NCBI GenBank assembly: GCA_964422295.1
Contig: CAYRAM010000008.1
Location: 26,242-90,241 of the forward strand
Direction of reading: 5' to 3'
DNA: 64,000 nucleotides
Origin: an uncultured Planctomycetia bacterium
Lineage (GTDB): Bacteria > Planctomycetota > UBA8108 > UBA1146
This document shows, piece after piece, positions 18,481 through 28,732 of this stretch; position 1 is the first letter of the stretch, and every line of letters starts with the position of its first letter. Below the pieces are notes generated by a model. That model saw nothing but the letters and a program-made list of their open reading frames with translations. It had not been told where the DNA came from and searched no databases. Both the position numbers and the translations under genes were made by a program.

Positions 18481-19161
18481 ATGAATGCAGCCGTGAGAAC
18501 TGACCTCTGCGAAATCAAGGTAGAGACTCCCGGCAAAGTTTCATTTTCGCAGATTCACAACCAGATGCTGAAACTCCAGGCCGCTCTGGGAGAGCACCCT
18601 GAAGAATCCGCAGGAGAGCGGATTTTCCTCTTTGAACCCTCCCCCGTCGTCACCATTGGAAGTCGAAACGGTGATGTATCCCCGATCCGCTCCCAGGAAA
18701 AATTGGAAAAACAGGGGATCGAGATTCTCAGTGTCGATCGTGGAGGGGAGGCCACATACCACGGTCCAGGACAACTGTTGGCCTACCCGGTGATTCGCTT
18801 GCGCGAGAACGAGCGCGATCTCCATCGCCTGTTGCGCAATCTCGAAGAAGCGATCATTCGCACACTGGCAGATTGGCAAATCGTCGGTGAAAGGCGTGAC
18901 GGGCACACCGGAGTTTGGATCGGATACGAAAAAATCGCCTCTGTGGGTCTGAGTGTGCGCCGTTGGGTCACCGGTCACGGACTGGCTCTCTGTGTCGATG
19001 GCGACCAGCGAGCCTTTGACTGGATTGTCCCCTGTGGGATGCAGGATTGCCCCGTCGTAACGATGGAGGATCTTCTGGGATCACCGATCGATCTCAAATC
19101 TGTGGAGGATCGTCTTCGGCTTCACCTGCTCTCTGTATTGAACAGGGTGGAGGGATCATGA
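18481..19161 (+). CDS. lipB: Octanoyltransferase (lipoyl(octanoyl) transferase).
   Basis: The LipB core is visible (ATYHGPGQLLAYPVIRL, KIASVGLSVRRWVTGHG). The gene sits immediately upstream of lipA. Confidence 0.85.
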   Translation: MNAAVRTDLCEIKVETPGKVSFSQIHNQMLKLQAALGEHPEESAGERIFLFEPSPVVTIGSRNGDVSPIRSQEKLEKQGIEILSVDRGGEATYHGPGQLLAYPVIRLRENERDLHRLLRNLEEAIIRTLADWQIVGERRDGHTGVWIGYEKIASVGLSVRRWVTGHGLALCVDGDQRAFDWIVPCGMQDCPVVTMEDLLGSPIDLKSVEDRLRLHLLSVLNRVEGS

Positions 19162-20030
19162 GCCCTGTCGAGTACCGCGGAAAAAAGCCCAAACTCGAAC
19201 GCCCACCATGGATCAAAGTCGCTGTCCCGAGCGACGACTCATTGCAACGGGTGGGCGATCTGATGAATCAGGGCGGACTCCATACCGTCTGCCAAGAGGC
19301 GCACTGTCCCAACATTTATGAATGCTGGCAGATGGGAACAGCCACCTTTTTGATCCTCGGAGAAGTCTGTACTCGCAAGTGCGGATTCTGTGCTGTCAGT
19401 AAAGGCAATCCCTCACCCGTGGATCCCGATGAACCTCGTGAGTTGGCAGAGGCTGCAGCAAGCCTGAATCTCAAACATGTGGTCATCACCAGTGTCGACA
19501 GGGACGATCTTGAGGATGGCGGAGCAGGCCAATTTGCAAAAACCCTTGAAGCCCTCCGTGAGAAAATCCCTGAAGCGACCACCGAAGTCCTGGTCCCGGA
19601 CTTCAGGCCTGATCCCGAATTGGGTCTCGACCTCGTTCTCGGTGCGAATCCGACGATCTTCTCCCACAATGTCGAAACTGTTCGGCGCCTTTACCCGGCA
19701 GCCCGACCCGGCTCCAACTACGATCACTCCGTCTCTTTGCTCGCCTCTGCGGCACAGCGAATCGGCGGAGAGCGTGTCAAATCCAGTTTGATTCTCGGAC
19801 TGGGAGAGAAGGAGGAGGAGGTCAGGGAGACGATCAAAGATCTCTTTCGTGCAGGAGCGCGAAGGATCAATCTGGGGCAGTACCTGGCCCCCTCCGACCG
19901 CCATATTCCGGTGAAAAGGTACTGGACCCCCGAGGAGTTTGCCCAGTTGGGGAAATTCGCTTCAGATCTCGGATTTATCAAAGTCGAATCCGCACCCCTG
20001 GTGCGCTCCTCCTATCACGCTTCAGTCTGA
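19158..20030 (+). CDS. lipA: Lipoyl synthase.
   Basis: The protein has radical-SAM and auxiliary cluster motifs CPNIYECW and CTRKCGFCAV. The ATG at 19158 overlaps the lipB stop in an ATGA arrangement. Confidence 0.9.
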   Translation: MSPVEYRGKKPKLERPPWIKVAVPSDDSLQRVGDLMNQGGLHTVCQEAHCPNIYECWQMGTATFLILGEVCTRKCGFCAVSKGNPSPVDPDEPRELAEAAASLNLKHVVITSVDRDDLEDGGAGQFAKTLEALREKIPEATTEVLVPDFRPDPELGLDLVLGANPTIFSHNVETVRRLYPAARPGSNYDHSVSLLASAAQRIGGERVKSSLILGLGEKEEEVRETIKDLFRAGARRINLGQYLAPSDRHIPVKRYWTPEEFAQLGKFASDLGFIKVESAPLVRSSYHASV

Positions 20031-20154
20031 CCCCCCCATGGTTGTCCTGCCCCCGACGGAGTGGCAGAATTGGCTGCAGTTCGGACTCACCATCTTCAAC
20101 CGGGGTTGGTGGAACCGATGCCATCGCGGCTCTCTCCATGAAAAGTGGTTGTAG

Positions 20155-21249
20155 GTGAATCCAAGGATATTGAATCTGGATGACCAGGTTGCTCGCCCTG
20201 ATCTTCTCCAGCAGGCTGCAGATATCCTCTCCAGTGGAGAGCTGGGTATCTTCCCCACTGAGACGGTCTACGGGATTGGCGCAGTGCATGGTTCAGCAGG
20301 AGCACGCGAGAAACTGGCGGCAGCAAAAGAAAGATCTGCAGAACAACCCTTCACGGTCCACATCGGATCGATGGAACAGTTCAATGGTTTGATCGCTGAT
20401 ATCCCGGACAAGGTCCGCTGCGTCATCGATACCTTTTGGCCCGGTCCTCTGACCATCATCATTCCCGACGGCAGTAATCAGGGGCACGGCAGTGATCAGG
20501 GGCTTGGAGTTCGCTTTCCCGCACACGAAGTGGCTCGCGAGTTGATCCAACTGACCGGCCCCTTGATCGCCAGTAGCGCCAATCGAAGAGGGGCAGCCGC
20601 TCCCCTCACATGTGCGGATGCGGTTGAGAACATCGGTTCTGAAGTGGGCGTTGCGGTAGACGGAGGACCTTGCAAAGTCGGCGAAGCCTCGACCATCGTT
20701 CGTTTTGATTCTTCTGGCGCATTTGAAATTCTGCGCGAAGGCCTCATCAATCGATCCATGATTCGCAAAGCACTCGGTGAGTTTGAGGTGCTCTTCGTCT
20801 GCACCGGGAATACCTGCAGAAGCCCCATGGCCGAGGCATTGTGCAAAAAACTTCTTTCACACAGGGAAGGCGTGCCGGCACAGGACCTGCCCGCTCGCGG
20901 CTTGCATGTACGTAGCGCTGCACTCTATTCCGCAGGAGGGCCCGCCAGTGAAAATACAGTCACGGTGATGCAGGAGATGGACGCAGACGCATCCAGCCAT
21001 GTTTCGCGCCAAATGACTCATGAGATGCTGGAATCGGCAGATCTGATCATCGCACTTGCACCGAATCACCTCGATGGGATCCGCTATGCCTGTCATGGCG
21101 ATCCGGCAATCTCAGACAAACTGTTCCTCATCAATGAGGCAGGGGTTGCTGACCCTGTCGGAGGATCCCTCGAAATTTACAGAAATAGTGCATCGGATAT
21201 ACTGAACGCCATTGAGAAGCAGTGGTTGGAAAGGATCGTCAAGCCATGA
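20155..21249 (+). CDS. Fusion protein: L-threonylcarbamoyladenylate synthase (TsaC/YrdC/YwlC) at the N-terminus and a low-molecular-weight protein tyrosine/arginine phosphatase (YwlE-like) at the C-terminus.
   Basis: The N-terminus carries the YrdC motif GELGIFPTETVYGIGA. The C-terminus carries the LMW-PTP P-loop VLFVCTGNTCRSPMAEAL and a DPxGG motif (DPVGGSLE). Confidence 0.8.
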   Translation: MNPRILNLDDQVARPDLLQQAADILSSGELGIFPTETVYGIGAVHGSAGAREKLAAAKERSAEQPFTVHIGSMEQFNGLIADIPDKVRCVIDTFWPGPLTIIIPDGSNQGHGSDQGLGVRFPAHEVARELIQLTGPLIASSANRRGAAAPLTCADAVENIGSEVGVAVDGGPCKVGEASTIVRFDSSGAFEILREGLINRSMIRKALGEFEVLFVCTGNTCRSPMAEALCKKLLSHREGVPAQDLPARGLHVRSAALYSAGGPASENTVTVMQEMDADASSHVSRQMTHEMLESADLIIALAPNHLDGIRYACHGDPAISDKLFLINEAGVADPVGGSLEIYRNSASDILNAIEKQWLERIVKP

Positions 21250-21686
21250 GGGCGTTGATTGGATCAGATCATGCTGGGATCGATGGCAGAAATGCTGTCG
21301 CTGCAGTACTCACCGATCGAGGCTGGGAAGTTCACCAACTCGGCCCCACAAATTCTGAAGAAAAAACCGATTACCCTGACATTGCCCATGACGTTGCTGC
21401 AGGAGTCACTTCCGGAGAAGCAGAGATCGGGATCCTCGTTTGCGGGACCGGCCAGGGAATGGCGATGACAGCCAACAGGTACCCCGGAGCAAGAGCTGCG
21501 GTCGTCACTGATCGCTTCACCGCCGAAATGTCCCGTGGACACAATGATGCCAATATCGCCTGCTTTGGAGAGCGAGTTCTAGGAACAGAGAAGATCTCTG
21601 AATTGCTCACGATCTTTCTGGATACCCCCTTTGAGGGCGGGAGACATGGGGCCCGGGTCAACAAAATCGATCAAGTACCGGGATGA
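21246..21686 (+). CDS. rpiB: Ribose-5-phosphate isomerase B (RpiB/LacAB family).
   Basis: The translation reads MRALIGSDHAGIDGRNAV...GILVCGTGQGMAMTANR. The start overlaps the upstream stop in an ATGA arrangement. Confidence 0.85.
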   Translation: MRALIGSDHAGIDGRNAVAAVLTDRGWEVHQLGPTNSEEKTDYPDIAHDVAAGVTSGEAEIGILVCGTGQGMAMTANRYPGARAAVVTDRFTAEMSRGHNDANIACFGERVLGTEKISELLTIFLDTPFEGGRHGARVNKIDQVPG

Positions 21687-21702
21687 TTCCGTCCTTCTTC
21701 GG

Positions 21703-21745
21703 GCAATAAAAAAGGAGCCAACGGCGAATACCGTTGGCTCCTTTT
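21703..21745. terminator. Bidirectional rho-independent terminator between rpiB (+) and the PpiD-like gene (-).
   Basis: The sequence is AAAAAAGGAGCCAACGGCGAATACCGTTGGCTCCTTTTTTC, a perfect stem flanked by an A-tract and a T-tract. Confidence 0.8.
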
Positions 21746-21761
21746 TTCGATCATTCTCGAA

Positions 21762-23678
21762 CTATTTTGAGGCTTCCCCGGTCTCCGATTCGGCATCAGT
21801 TTCGGAGTTCTCGTTGAAAAGTTCATCCCTTGAGATCACTCCGCCATCCTCCTGGAAGGTCTGGATATTCGCCCGAGACATCAGATCAGCCTCGTACGCC
21901 TCCATCAGGGCCCTCTGTTTGTCAAGAAGCAGCCTTCTTTCGGTGCTCTCTTTGAGAGTCTCGAACAATTCGTAGTCTGGCTCTCCCATTCCCTGAAGTC
22001 GAACCATGTAAACAGCCTTATCGTTGTCACTGGTTACCGGACCGATGACGGAGCCCACATCCTGGATGTCAAACGCTTCCGTCAGCAGATCACGCGCAGA
22101 GGGAACAGAGTTGCCATTGATGCGGACACTGAATGACTGCGTACGGGTCAGCGGTTCGAGTGTGTTGACGGTGAAGTTGTTGTCCTCTGCGACAGACTGC
22201 ATGGAAACATCATTTTCACCAGCAGTAATTTCTCCGACCCACTCCTCTACCGCAGCGGCTGCCAACGATTTGGACTTCGCTTCTTCAGTGGCTTTGATCA
22301 CATCTTCGATGGCTTCATCGTAGGTTTTCTGTCGCTCAGGCAACATCTCCCGAACCCGAATGATAAAGTTGCCCTGGCTATTGGTCGCGATGGACTGATA
22401 AAGATCACCGGGCTTGACCGAGCCTGGTGCAGTTCTTTCGCGGGTGAAGAACTCACTGTATGCGGCCGGATTGCGATAAGGAGCATCGATCAGGCCCTGT
22501 TCCCTCTGAGTGAAGGGCTCCACCTCTGTGAACTCGACATACTCCAGGTTTTCGGGGAATACCTGTGAAAGCTCGACTTCTTCCCCTTGGGCACGGAAGT
22601 CTTTCAGAGCGTCGAGTGCACTTTGCAACAATTCCGCCTCACGCTCTTGAGCCTGCGCCTGATTGATCGAGCGAATCACACGCTCAAAAACCTCCGGGAG
22701 TGGACGGTACTCATCTTCAGGACTGCCATCCTCGGGGGGAACATATCCTTCCGGCCTGCGGACTCTGTAAAGCACATCGCGGTCTTCTGCGTATTTGGCT
22801 TCGATCTCTTCCGCAGTCGGCTCATAATCGGAAGAGGCGATGAGGTTATTGCGATTGATCCTTGCGACTTCGACATCCAGTCGATTCTGGAGAATGAAGT
22901 CCTCGCTGTTTTCATTGTAGTAATTCTCAAAATCGTCGACGCTCACACTGTCGCGTGCCTCATCGATAAAGGTGTCTCCCGGAACCTGGACGATTTCCAG
23001 AATTCTCTTTTCATAGGTCGCAATAAAATCATTGAAGACTTCTTGCTCGGAGACCGCCACTGAGGAAGTCACTATTTTCAGCAACTCCTGAGTTCGAAGA
23101 TGTCGAATGACACTGGCCTCAAACTCTCCCTTGCTGAGATTTGATCTGGCTATCCCAAAATTGTCATCTACGAAAACAGCATCGTAATCGATTTTGGTAA
23201 ATCGGAAACTGGGGTCGTTTCTCAGCGCATTCCAATCGGGGAAGCGATCCTGGTATGAGCCCAGCCAGCCTGCCTGTTCCATCGTCTTGTGCCAGGCGAT
23301 CAGATCGAGAGCCGCCGAGCGGACCTCATCCTTCTTTCTTTCCATGCTGGGCTCGATGCCCCGTTCAGTAATGTCATGGACAAAGACCAGGTGCTTCAAT
23401 ACATCATCCGCTGTCGCAGATCCGAAACGATCCAGGTTATTGGCCGCATAGGGCCCAAACCTGCGAACGTTGCTGACCCACAGAGCTTCCGACAGCTCTC
23501 TTCGAGTATTGATGAACGTTTCCACATCCACGGTTTCGCCAAAGACGACGTAGCTATCGCGATTTCCACCACTGAAGAAAGACTCGACCAGCCCGGTGGC
23601 AGCAAAGGTCGGCGCAAGAATCAACAGGAGCAAGGTCATGATGACCTTCTCATTGCTTTTGAAGAAGCCGGTGGACAT
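21762..23678 (-). CDS. Periplasmic chaperone/peptidyl-prolyl isomerase of the PpiD/SurA family, membrane-anchored, with an acidic C-terminus.
   Basis: An N-terminal TM helix (MTLLLLILAPTFAATGL) follows the internal Met at 23678. The SurA-N-like region and overall length fit PpiD-type chaperones. The assignment rests on weak similarity. Confidence 0.45.
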   Translation of the reverse strand: MSTGFFKSNEKVIMTLLLLILAPTFAATGLVESFFSGGNRDSYVVFGETVDVETFINTRRELSEALWVSNVRRFGPYAANNLDRFGSATADDVLKHLVFVHDITERGIEPSMERKKDEVRSAALDLIAWHKTMEQAGWLGSYQDRFPDWNALRNDPSFRFTKIDYDAVFVDDNFGIARSNLSKGEFEASVIRHLRTQELLKIVTSSVAVSEQEVFNDFIATYEKRILEIVQVPGDTFIDEARDSVSVDDFENYYNENSEDFILQNRLDVEVARINRNNLIASSDYEPTAEEIEAKYAEDRDVLYRVRRPEGYVPPEDGSPEDEYRPLPEVFERVIRSINQAQAQEREAELLQSALDALKDFRAQGEEVELSQVFPENLEYVEFTEVEPFTQREQGLIDAPYRNPAAYSEFFTRERTAPGSVKPGDLYQSIATNSQGNFIIRVREMLPERQKTYDEAIEDVIKATEEAKSKSLAAAAVEEWVGEITAGENDVSMQSVAEDNNFTVNTLEPLTRTQSFSVRINGNSVPSARDLLTEAFDIQDVGSVIGPVTSDNDKAVYMVRLQGMGEPDYELFETLKESTERRLLLDKQRALMEAYEADLMSRANIQTFQEDGGVISRDELFNENSETDAESETGEASK

Positions 23679-23886
23679 TCCGGACTCCTCTCTGCGTGGG
23701 GTTGTTACCCACATTATCGGTGAACAGAACTCTCGTAGAAGTTCAGGGCGGCCAAACGAAGATCCTAGATCGATTGGCATGATCCTGCAACGGAACAGGG
23801 GCAGGAGGTGGGCGGTCCTGACAGGAGAATACGATGAAATCTCCTCCAGGGCCTCTCACTTCCGATTACCGGCCCAATTCAGTGGT

Positions 23887-24573
23887 TTACGGGTTATCGA
23901 CCACTTCCAGCAGTTCGACATCAAAAATCAAAGTTGCCCGTGGTGGAATCTTCGGCGGGCGTCCTGCGGCTCCATAGGCAAGGTCGTAAGGGATGATCAA
24001 TTTGCGCTTGCCCCCGGCCTTCATCGATCCCACGCCTTCGGTCCAACCCTTGATGACCTGGTTGAGTCCAAAGGTCGCCGGTTCACCGCGGTCGAGACTA
24101 CTGTCGAATTTGGTTCCGTCCACCAGGTATCCGGTGTAGTGCACCTTGACTCTGGTACTGGAGGAAGGAGGAGTCTCCCCGGTCCCTTCAGAGAGATCGA
24201 TGTACATCAATCCTGAAGCCGTTCGCTGAATCGGATTCGAGGTCTCCAATCCTGGAAACCGTTCGATATCTTTCCTATTGCTGATCTTGCCATCGGAGGA
24301 GATCAGCAAGCGCTCACGCTTTTCTGTGGATACCGTCTCCACCTCGATCATCACCATCGAAGTATTATTCAGAAAGCGGGCAGAATTGACTGCCCCACCG
24401 GTAGTTTCCTTGGCGATGACGATCGCTTCCTCCAGGTCCGTTTCGGAACCGCTCACCCTTTCGAAGAGATCCGTCGTCGAGGGGGGAATACTGGTGTAGT
24501 CGTCGATGGCCGCAGTCAGTAGTCCAGCAATCGCAACGATGATCAAAATGATCATGATCTGCAAAACGTTCAT
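23887..24573 (-). CDS. FKBP-type peptidyl-prolyl cis-trans isomerase with an N-terminal TM or signal segment.
   Basis: The FKBP domain is [60 protein letters not shown]. An N-terminal hydrophobic helix is present. Confidence 0.85.
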   Translation of the reverse strand: MNVLQIMIILIIVAIAGLLTAAIDDYTSIPPSTTDLFERVSGSETDLEEAIVIAKETTGGAVNSARFLNNTSMVMIEVETVSTEKRERLLISSDGKISNRKDIERFPGLETSNPIQRTASGLMYIDLSEGTGETPPSSSTRVKVHYTGYLVDGTKFDSSLDRGEPATFGLNQVIKGWTEGVGSMKAGGKRKLIIPYDLAYGAAGRPPKIPPRATLIFDVELLEVVDNP

Positions 24574-24584
24574 TTCAATTCCTC

Positions 24585-25037
24585 TCAGGGAGTCCACGAT
24601 GCTTCGTCGATGGCTCGGTTCGCAAGATCGTCACAGCGCTCATTCTCTTCGTGGCCCGCATGGCCTTCAACCCAACTCCAGCGAACTTGATGCTTGGAGG
24701 CTATTTCGATCAATTCTTTCCAAAGGTCGTCGTTGAGGACCGGTTTGCCGTCCGACTTCTTCCAGCCTCGTCGCTGCCAGCCCTTGACCCATTCATTCAT
24801 GCCTTTGACCACATACTGTGAATCGCTAAATATCTCAACGGAACTGGAAGCTGGCAATGATTTCAACGCTTCGATGACAGCGATCAGTTCCATGCGATTA
24901 TTGGTCGTCGATTTCTCGGCATCGTATTCGACCGCTTCTTCCCCGGCCGTATTGCGGACGATGTAGCCCCAGCCGCCGGGTCCGGGATTCCCCCTGCAGG
25001 CACCATCGGTCCAGATTCGGAAATCAGGTTCTTCCAT
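24585..25037 (-). CDS. rnhA: Ribonuclease HI.
   Basis: The translation begins [20 protein letters not shown] and carries the conserved DEDD residues. Confidence 0.9.
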   Translation of the reverse strand: MEEPDFRIWTDGACRGNPGPGGWGYIVRNTAGEEAVEYDAEKSTTNNRMELIAVIEALKSLPASSSVEIFSDSQYVVKGMNEWVKGWQRRGWKKSDGKPVLNDDLWKELIEIASKHQVRWSWVEGHAGHEENERCDDLANRAIDEASWTP

Positions 25038-25046
25038 TCTCTTCCT

Positions 25047-27332
25047 TTACCTTCTGTCCCTGCGACGAGAACGACTACCACTCTTTTGGCCAGTCCGCTT
25101 CGATTTGTGCGACCGCTGCTTGCCTTTTTTGGGCTCTCTTGCACTCCGAGGCTCTGCGTGTCCGCCGGTACCGCGACCCCTTCGGGCCCCCGGCCGTGTA
25201 TGAAGGTACCGCAGATCGATGTCTCTTTGGAGAGGATCAACCCCCTCCAATTCGACTTCAACGGGATCCCCAAGGCGAATCATGTTGCCCTTGTTGACCC
25301 CTCTCAATGCGAAATGCGTTTCATTGAACACATAGTGGTCATCCCGAAGTCTCGATACATGAACAAACCCATCGACGAGAACTCCATCGAGGCGAACATG
25401 AAATCCCTGATCCCTGACCGATGTCACGATCCCCGGGAAGCGCTCCCCAACCCGATGCCGCAACCAGGAGATCGCTCTCAAGCGGGTCATGTCTCTCTCT
25501 GCGGCTTCCGCTGCTCTCTCACGGGTCGAACAGTTTTCTGCCAACTCGTGAAGCGTGACGTTTTCATGACTCAATTTCGGGCCTTCACCCCCGGTCAGGA
25601 AAAATCTGTCGAGGGTCTGGTGGACCTGCAGATCGGGGTACCTGCGAATCGGTGAGGTAAAGTGGCAGTACTCCTGCTTTTGCAAGGCAAAGTGGATTTC
25701 TTTGGCAGGGCTGTACTCGGCTCGACTCAAACTTTTCAGCAGTGCGAAAAACACGACCGGTGCAAGATCGGAATCGGCAACCACTTCGATCAGCCTTGGC
25801 AAATCTTCGATCGAGTTCACCGGAGCCTCCGAAACGAGAACTCTGCACAACTTGATGAACTTCTCCAACTCCGATTCATCGGGGGGTGCATGAACCCTGC
25901 GCAGAATCGGCAATTCGTGTTGCGAAGCAAAGGTCGCCACCGCTTCATTTGCTGCGAGCATGCACTCTTCCACCAATCCGTGGGCTTCCAGATGCTCGCG
26001 GCTAACGACGTCGATGACTTCTCCATCGCTGTCGAGGATCAGCTTCATCTCTTCAATTTCCAGTTGCAACGCACCGTGACGAAGTCTTCTGCGAAGGAGA
26101 ACCTCCCGCAACTGATTGAGAGTACCGAGTTGTTCCCTCAACCCTTCATCGACTTCACTGGACAAATTCCCTTCGAGAGTCGATTGGGCTTCTTCGTAAC
26201 TGAAGCGGTGAGCACTGCGGATGACTGCCTTTTCCAATTGGATATCGAGAAAGTTCCCTTCCTCGTCCACATCCATCCAGGCGATCTTCGCCAGTCGATC
26301 TTCATGGGGACGCAGCGAACAGAGACCATTGCTCAATCTCTCAGGCAACATCGGGATCGTCTTTCCAGGAATGTAGACGCTCGTCCCACGAAGCAATGCT
26401 TCCTGATCGATGGGGTCACCCTGACTGACAAAGTGGCTGACATCCGCAATGGCGACCCCCAAGCGGTAATTCCCCTCGGGCAATGCGATGGCGCAGATGG
26501 CATCATCGAAATCCTTGGCATCGACGGGATCGATGGTGATAAACGGCTGATCCCTTCGATCGACACGGTTAGTCAGCTCTTGGGATGAAATCCGTTCCGG
26601 AAACGCCGCAGCGAGCTCTTCCACCTCTGCGGGAAACTCCTCCCGCAGCTCGTGTTCTGCACAGACCATCTGCAGATCTGCAAGCCACGTCCCTTCCGCA
26701 GCCCAGTGGCTCAACACCTCCCCCGGCGGCAATCCTTCGACTGCGGATCCAGCCCTGAGCCGAGCCAACACCCGATCCCCATCCTCGACACCACTGCGAA
26801 ATCTGGGATCGATCCACACTTCACGAACACTCTCATGGCGGGCAGGCTCGACGATGCCCGCTCCTCCTCCGGTTTCAATGAAATGCCCCGGGAATACCCT
26901 GGGGCTTCTCTCGATCACCTCCAATATCTTCCCCGAGCGCCCCTCCCCTTCCACTGAAGGTCTGCCCCTGCGGGGCCTCTCCAGGGCGACGAGTACTCGG
27001 TCACCGTGATGGCCATCGCGCAAACGACGAATCGGGATGAAGACATCCCCACGGGGATCCTCCACCAATGCCCTGACGAAACCAAAACCGCGACGAGCGA
27101 TGGAAAGTGTGCCGACGAACCAATTCTCACGGTGGGTCGCAAACCAACCCCTGGCGAAGAGGAACACCATCTCGCCGCGACTTTCCAATTCGATCAGCGC
27201 AGCTTCCAACTCGGCGGCATCGACCTTTCCCCACCCTGGAAACTCTTCCATATCCGCCAATTTGAATGGCTGATACTGATCACTCCTGTACCAGGTGCGG
27301 ATCGCCGTGATCAGTTCCTTCTGCGGATTCAA
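25047..27332 (-). CDS. rnr: Ribonuclease R (3'-5' exoribonuclease) with OB, RNB and S1 domains and a basic C-terminal tail.
   Basis: The RNB catalytic region is ITIDPVDAKDFDDAI, and the C-terminus is Lys/Arg-rich. Confidence 0.9.
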   Translation of the reverse strand: MNPQKELITAIRTWYRSDQYQPFKLADMEEFPGWGKVDAAELEAALIELESRGEMVFLFARGWFATHRENWFVGTLSIARRGFGFVRALVEDPRGDVFIPIRRLRDGHHGDRVLVALERPRRGRPSVEGEGRSGKILEVIERSPRVFPGHFIETGGGAGIVEPARHESVREVWIDPRFRSGVEDGDRVLARLRAGSAVEGLPPGEVLSHWAAEGTWLADLQMVCAEHELREEFPAEVEELAAAFPERISSQELTNRVDRRDQPFITIDPVDAKDFDDAICAIALPEGNYRLGVAIADVSHFVSQGDPIDQEALLRGTSVYIPGKTIPMLPERLSNGLCSLRPHEDRLAKIAWMDVDEEGNFLDIQLEKAVIRSAHRFSYEEAQSTLEGNLSSEVDEGLREQLGTLNQLREVLLRRRLRHGALQLEIEEMKLILDSDGEVIDVVSREHLEAHGLVEECMLAANEAVATFASQHELPILRRVHAPPDESELEKFIKLCRVLVSEAPVNSIEDLPRLIEVVADSDLAPVVFFALLKSLSRAEYSPAKEIHFALQKQEYCHFTSPIRRYPDLQVHQTLDRFFLTGGEGPKLSHENVTLHELAENCSTRERAAEAAERDMTRLRAISWLRHRVGERFPGIVTSVRDQGFHVRLDGVLVDGFVHVSRLRDDHYVFNETHFALRGVNKGNMIRLGDPVEVELEGVDPLQRDIDLRYLHTRPGARRGRGTGGHAEPRSAREPKKGKQRSHKSKRTGQKSGSRSRRRDRR

Positions 27333-27361
27333 TGGTTACCTGTTTCAAAATGGGAAAAGGA

Positions 27362-27400
27362 AAGCGGGCCGTGTCAGGATCATACCCGACACGGCCCGCT
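27362..27400 (-). terminator. Rho-independent terminator downstream of gspF (minus strand).
   Basis: The stem AGCGGGCCGTGTC...GACACGGCCCGCT is followed on the minus strand by a T-rich run (TTCCTTTTCCCATTTT). Confidence 0.6.
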
Positions 27401-27422
27401 TCGAGAGCAAAGGTGATCAGAC

Positions 27423-28661
27423 TTATCCGACCTTTTGAATGATCGAGAGCAGCGGCATGAAGAGAGCGACGACGATAAATCCGACCGCCCCTCCCATCCC
27501 CACGATCAGGACCGGCTCGAGGAGACTCGAGAGGGAATCGACGAGAACGTCGACGTCGAGGTCGTAGTTGTCGGAGATCTTGTTGAGCATCTTGTCCAAT
27601 TCACCGGTTTCCTCACCGATATCGATCATGTTGACCAACAACGGATCGAAGACACCGGAATTGCCCAATGGCTCGGCGATGGTTTCACCCTCACGGATCG
27701 ATCCGCACACCGATTCGATGGCGTCCGAAATCACCCTGTTTCCGACCGCGGCACGGACAATCTCAAGGGCCTCAAGAATCGGAACACCGGAACTGATCAG
27801 AGTTCCAAGGGTGCGACAGAATCGGGAGACTGTCGATTTGCGGACGATTTGGCCGAAGATGGGAGCGTTCAGTTTGGACTTGTCGATCATCAACTCGCCG
27901 GCGTCGGTTCTTCCAATCGCCACCATCGACAACCACATCAAGAAGATGACGACTGGTGCGAGGAACCAATATCCTTGTACCGCTTCTGCAAATCCCAGCA
28001 ATGCCTGGGTAGGAGCTGGCAGTGCAGTATTCATGTCAGCGAACATCTTTTGGAATTGGGGAATCACCTGAGTCATGATGAATCCGAGGATCAGTGCGGC
28101 AACGCATATGACTGCGACCGGGTAGACCATCGCGCCTTGCACTTTCTTGCGCAACTTCATCGACTTCTCCTGGAAATCTGAGAGGCGCTGCAAAATCGTA
28201 TCGAGCACACCACCCGCTTCTCCCGCCTTGACCATCGCCACAAACAGGGTGTTGAAGGTACGCGGGTACTTTTCGAGGGCTTCTGAAAGGGTCGATCCTC
28301 CCTCGACATCTTCGGTAACCTGGATCAACTGATTCTGAAATGTGCCCGGCTTCATTTGGTCAGCGAGAATCTTCAGGGAGCGCACGATCGGAAGACCCGC
28401 ATCCTGCAATGTCGCCAACTGCTGAGTGAACTGGACCAGATCGGCCTGCGACACTCGGCCGCCGAAGATGCCCCCGGCCTTCGTCTTCTTGGCTCCATCA
28501 GGACCAGCAACGGCTGCTGCTTTCTTGCTCTCGCGAATCTTGGTTGGCTTCATTCCCCGGGAACGCAATTGCTTAATCGCTTCCGCTTGGCTGGCGGCTT
28601 CGATCGTACTGCGCTTCTTTTGCCCTCCAGGGCCAATGGCTTCAAATTCCCATACCGCCAT
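27423..28661 (-). CDS. gspF: Type II secretion / type IV pilus platform protein (GspF/PilC family).
   Basis: The protein has two GspF repeats and three TM helices. The N-terminus (AVWEFEAIGPGGQKK) is typical of the family. Confidence 0.85.
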   Translation of the reverse strand: MAVWEFEAIGPGGQKKRSTIEAASQAEAIKQLRSRGMKPTKIRESKKAAAVAGPDGAKKTKAGGIFGGRVSQADLVQFTQQLATLQDAGLPIVRSLKILADQMKPGTFQNQLIQVTEDVEGGSTLSEALEKYPRTFNTLFVAMVKAGEAGGVLDTILQRLSDFQEKSMKLRKKVQGAMVYPVAVICVAALILGFIMTQVIPQFQKMFADMNTALPAPTQALLGFAEAVQGYWFLAPVVIFLMWLSMVAIGRTDAGELMIDKSKLNAPIFGQIVRKSTVSRFCRTLGTLISSGVPILEALEIVRAAVGNRVISDAIESVCGSIREGETIAEPLGNSGVFDPLLVNMIDIGEETGELDKMLNKISDNYDLDVDVLVDSLSSLLEPVLIVGMGGAVGFIVVALFMPLLSIIQKVG

Positions 28662-28732
28662 TTGGGCTGCTCCTTTTTCTGAACCGGATCTCATTCTCCG
28701 GCGGGTGAGGTGACATCCTAGTCGATGATCAC

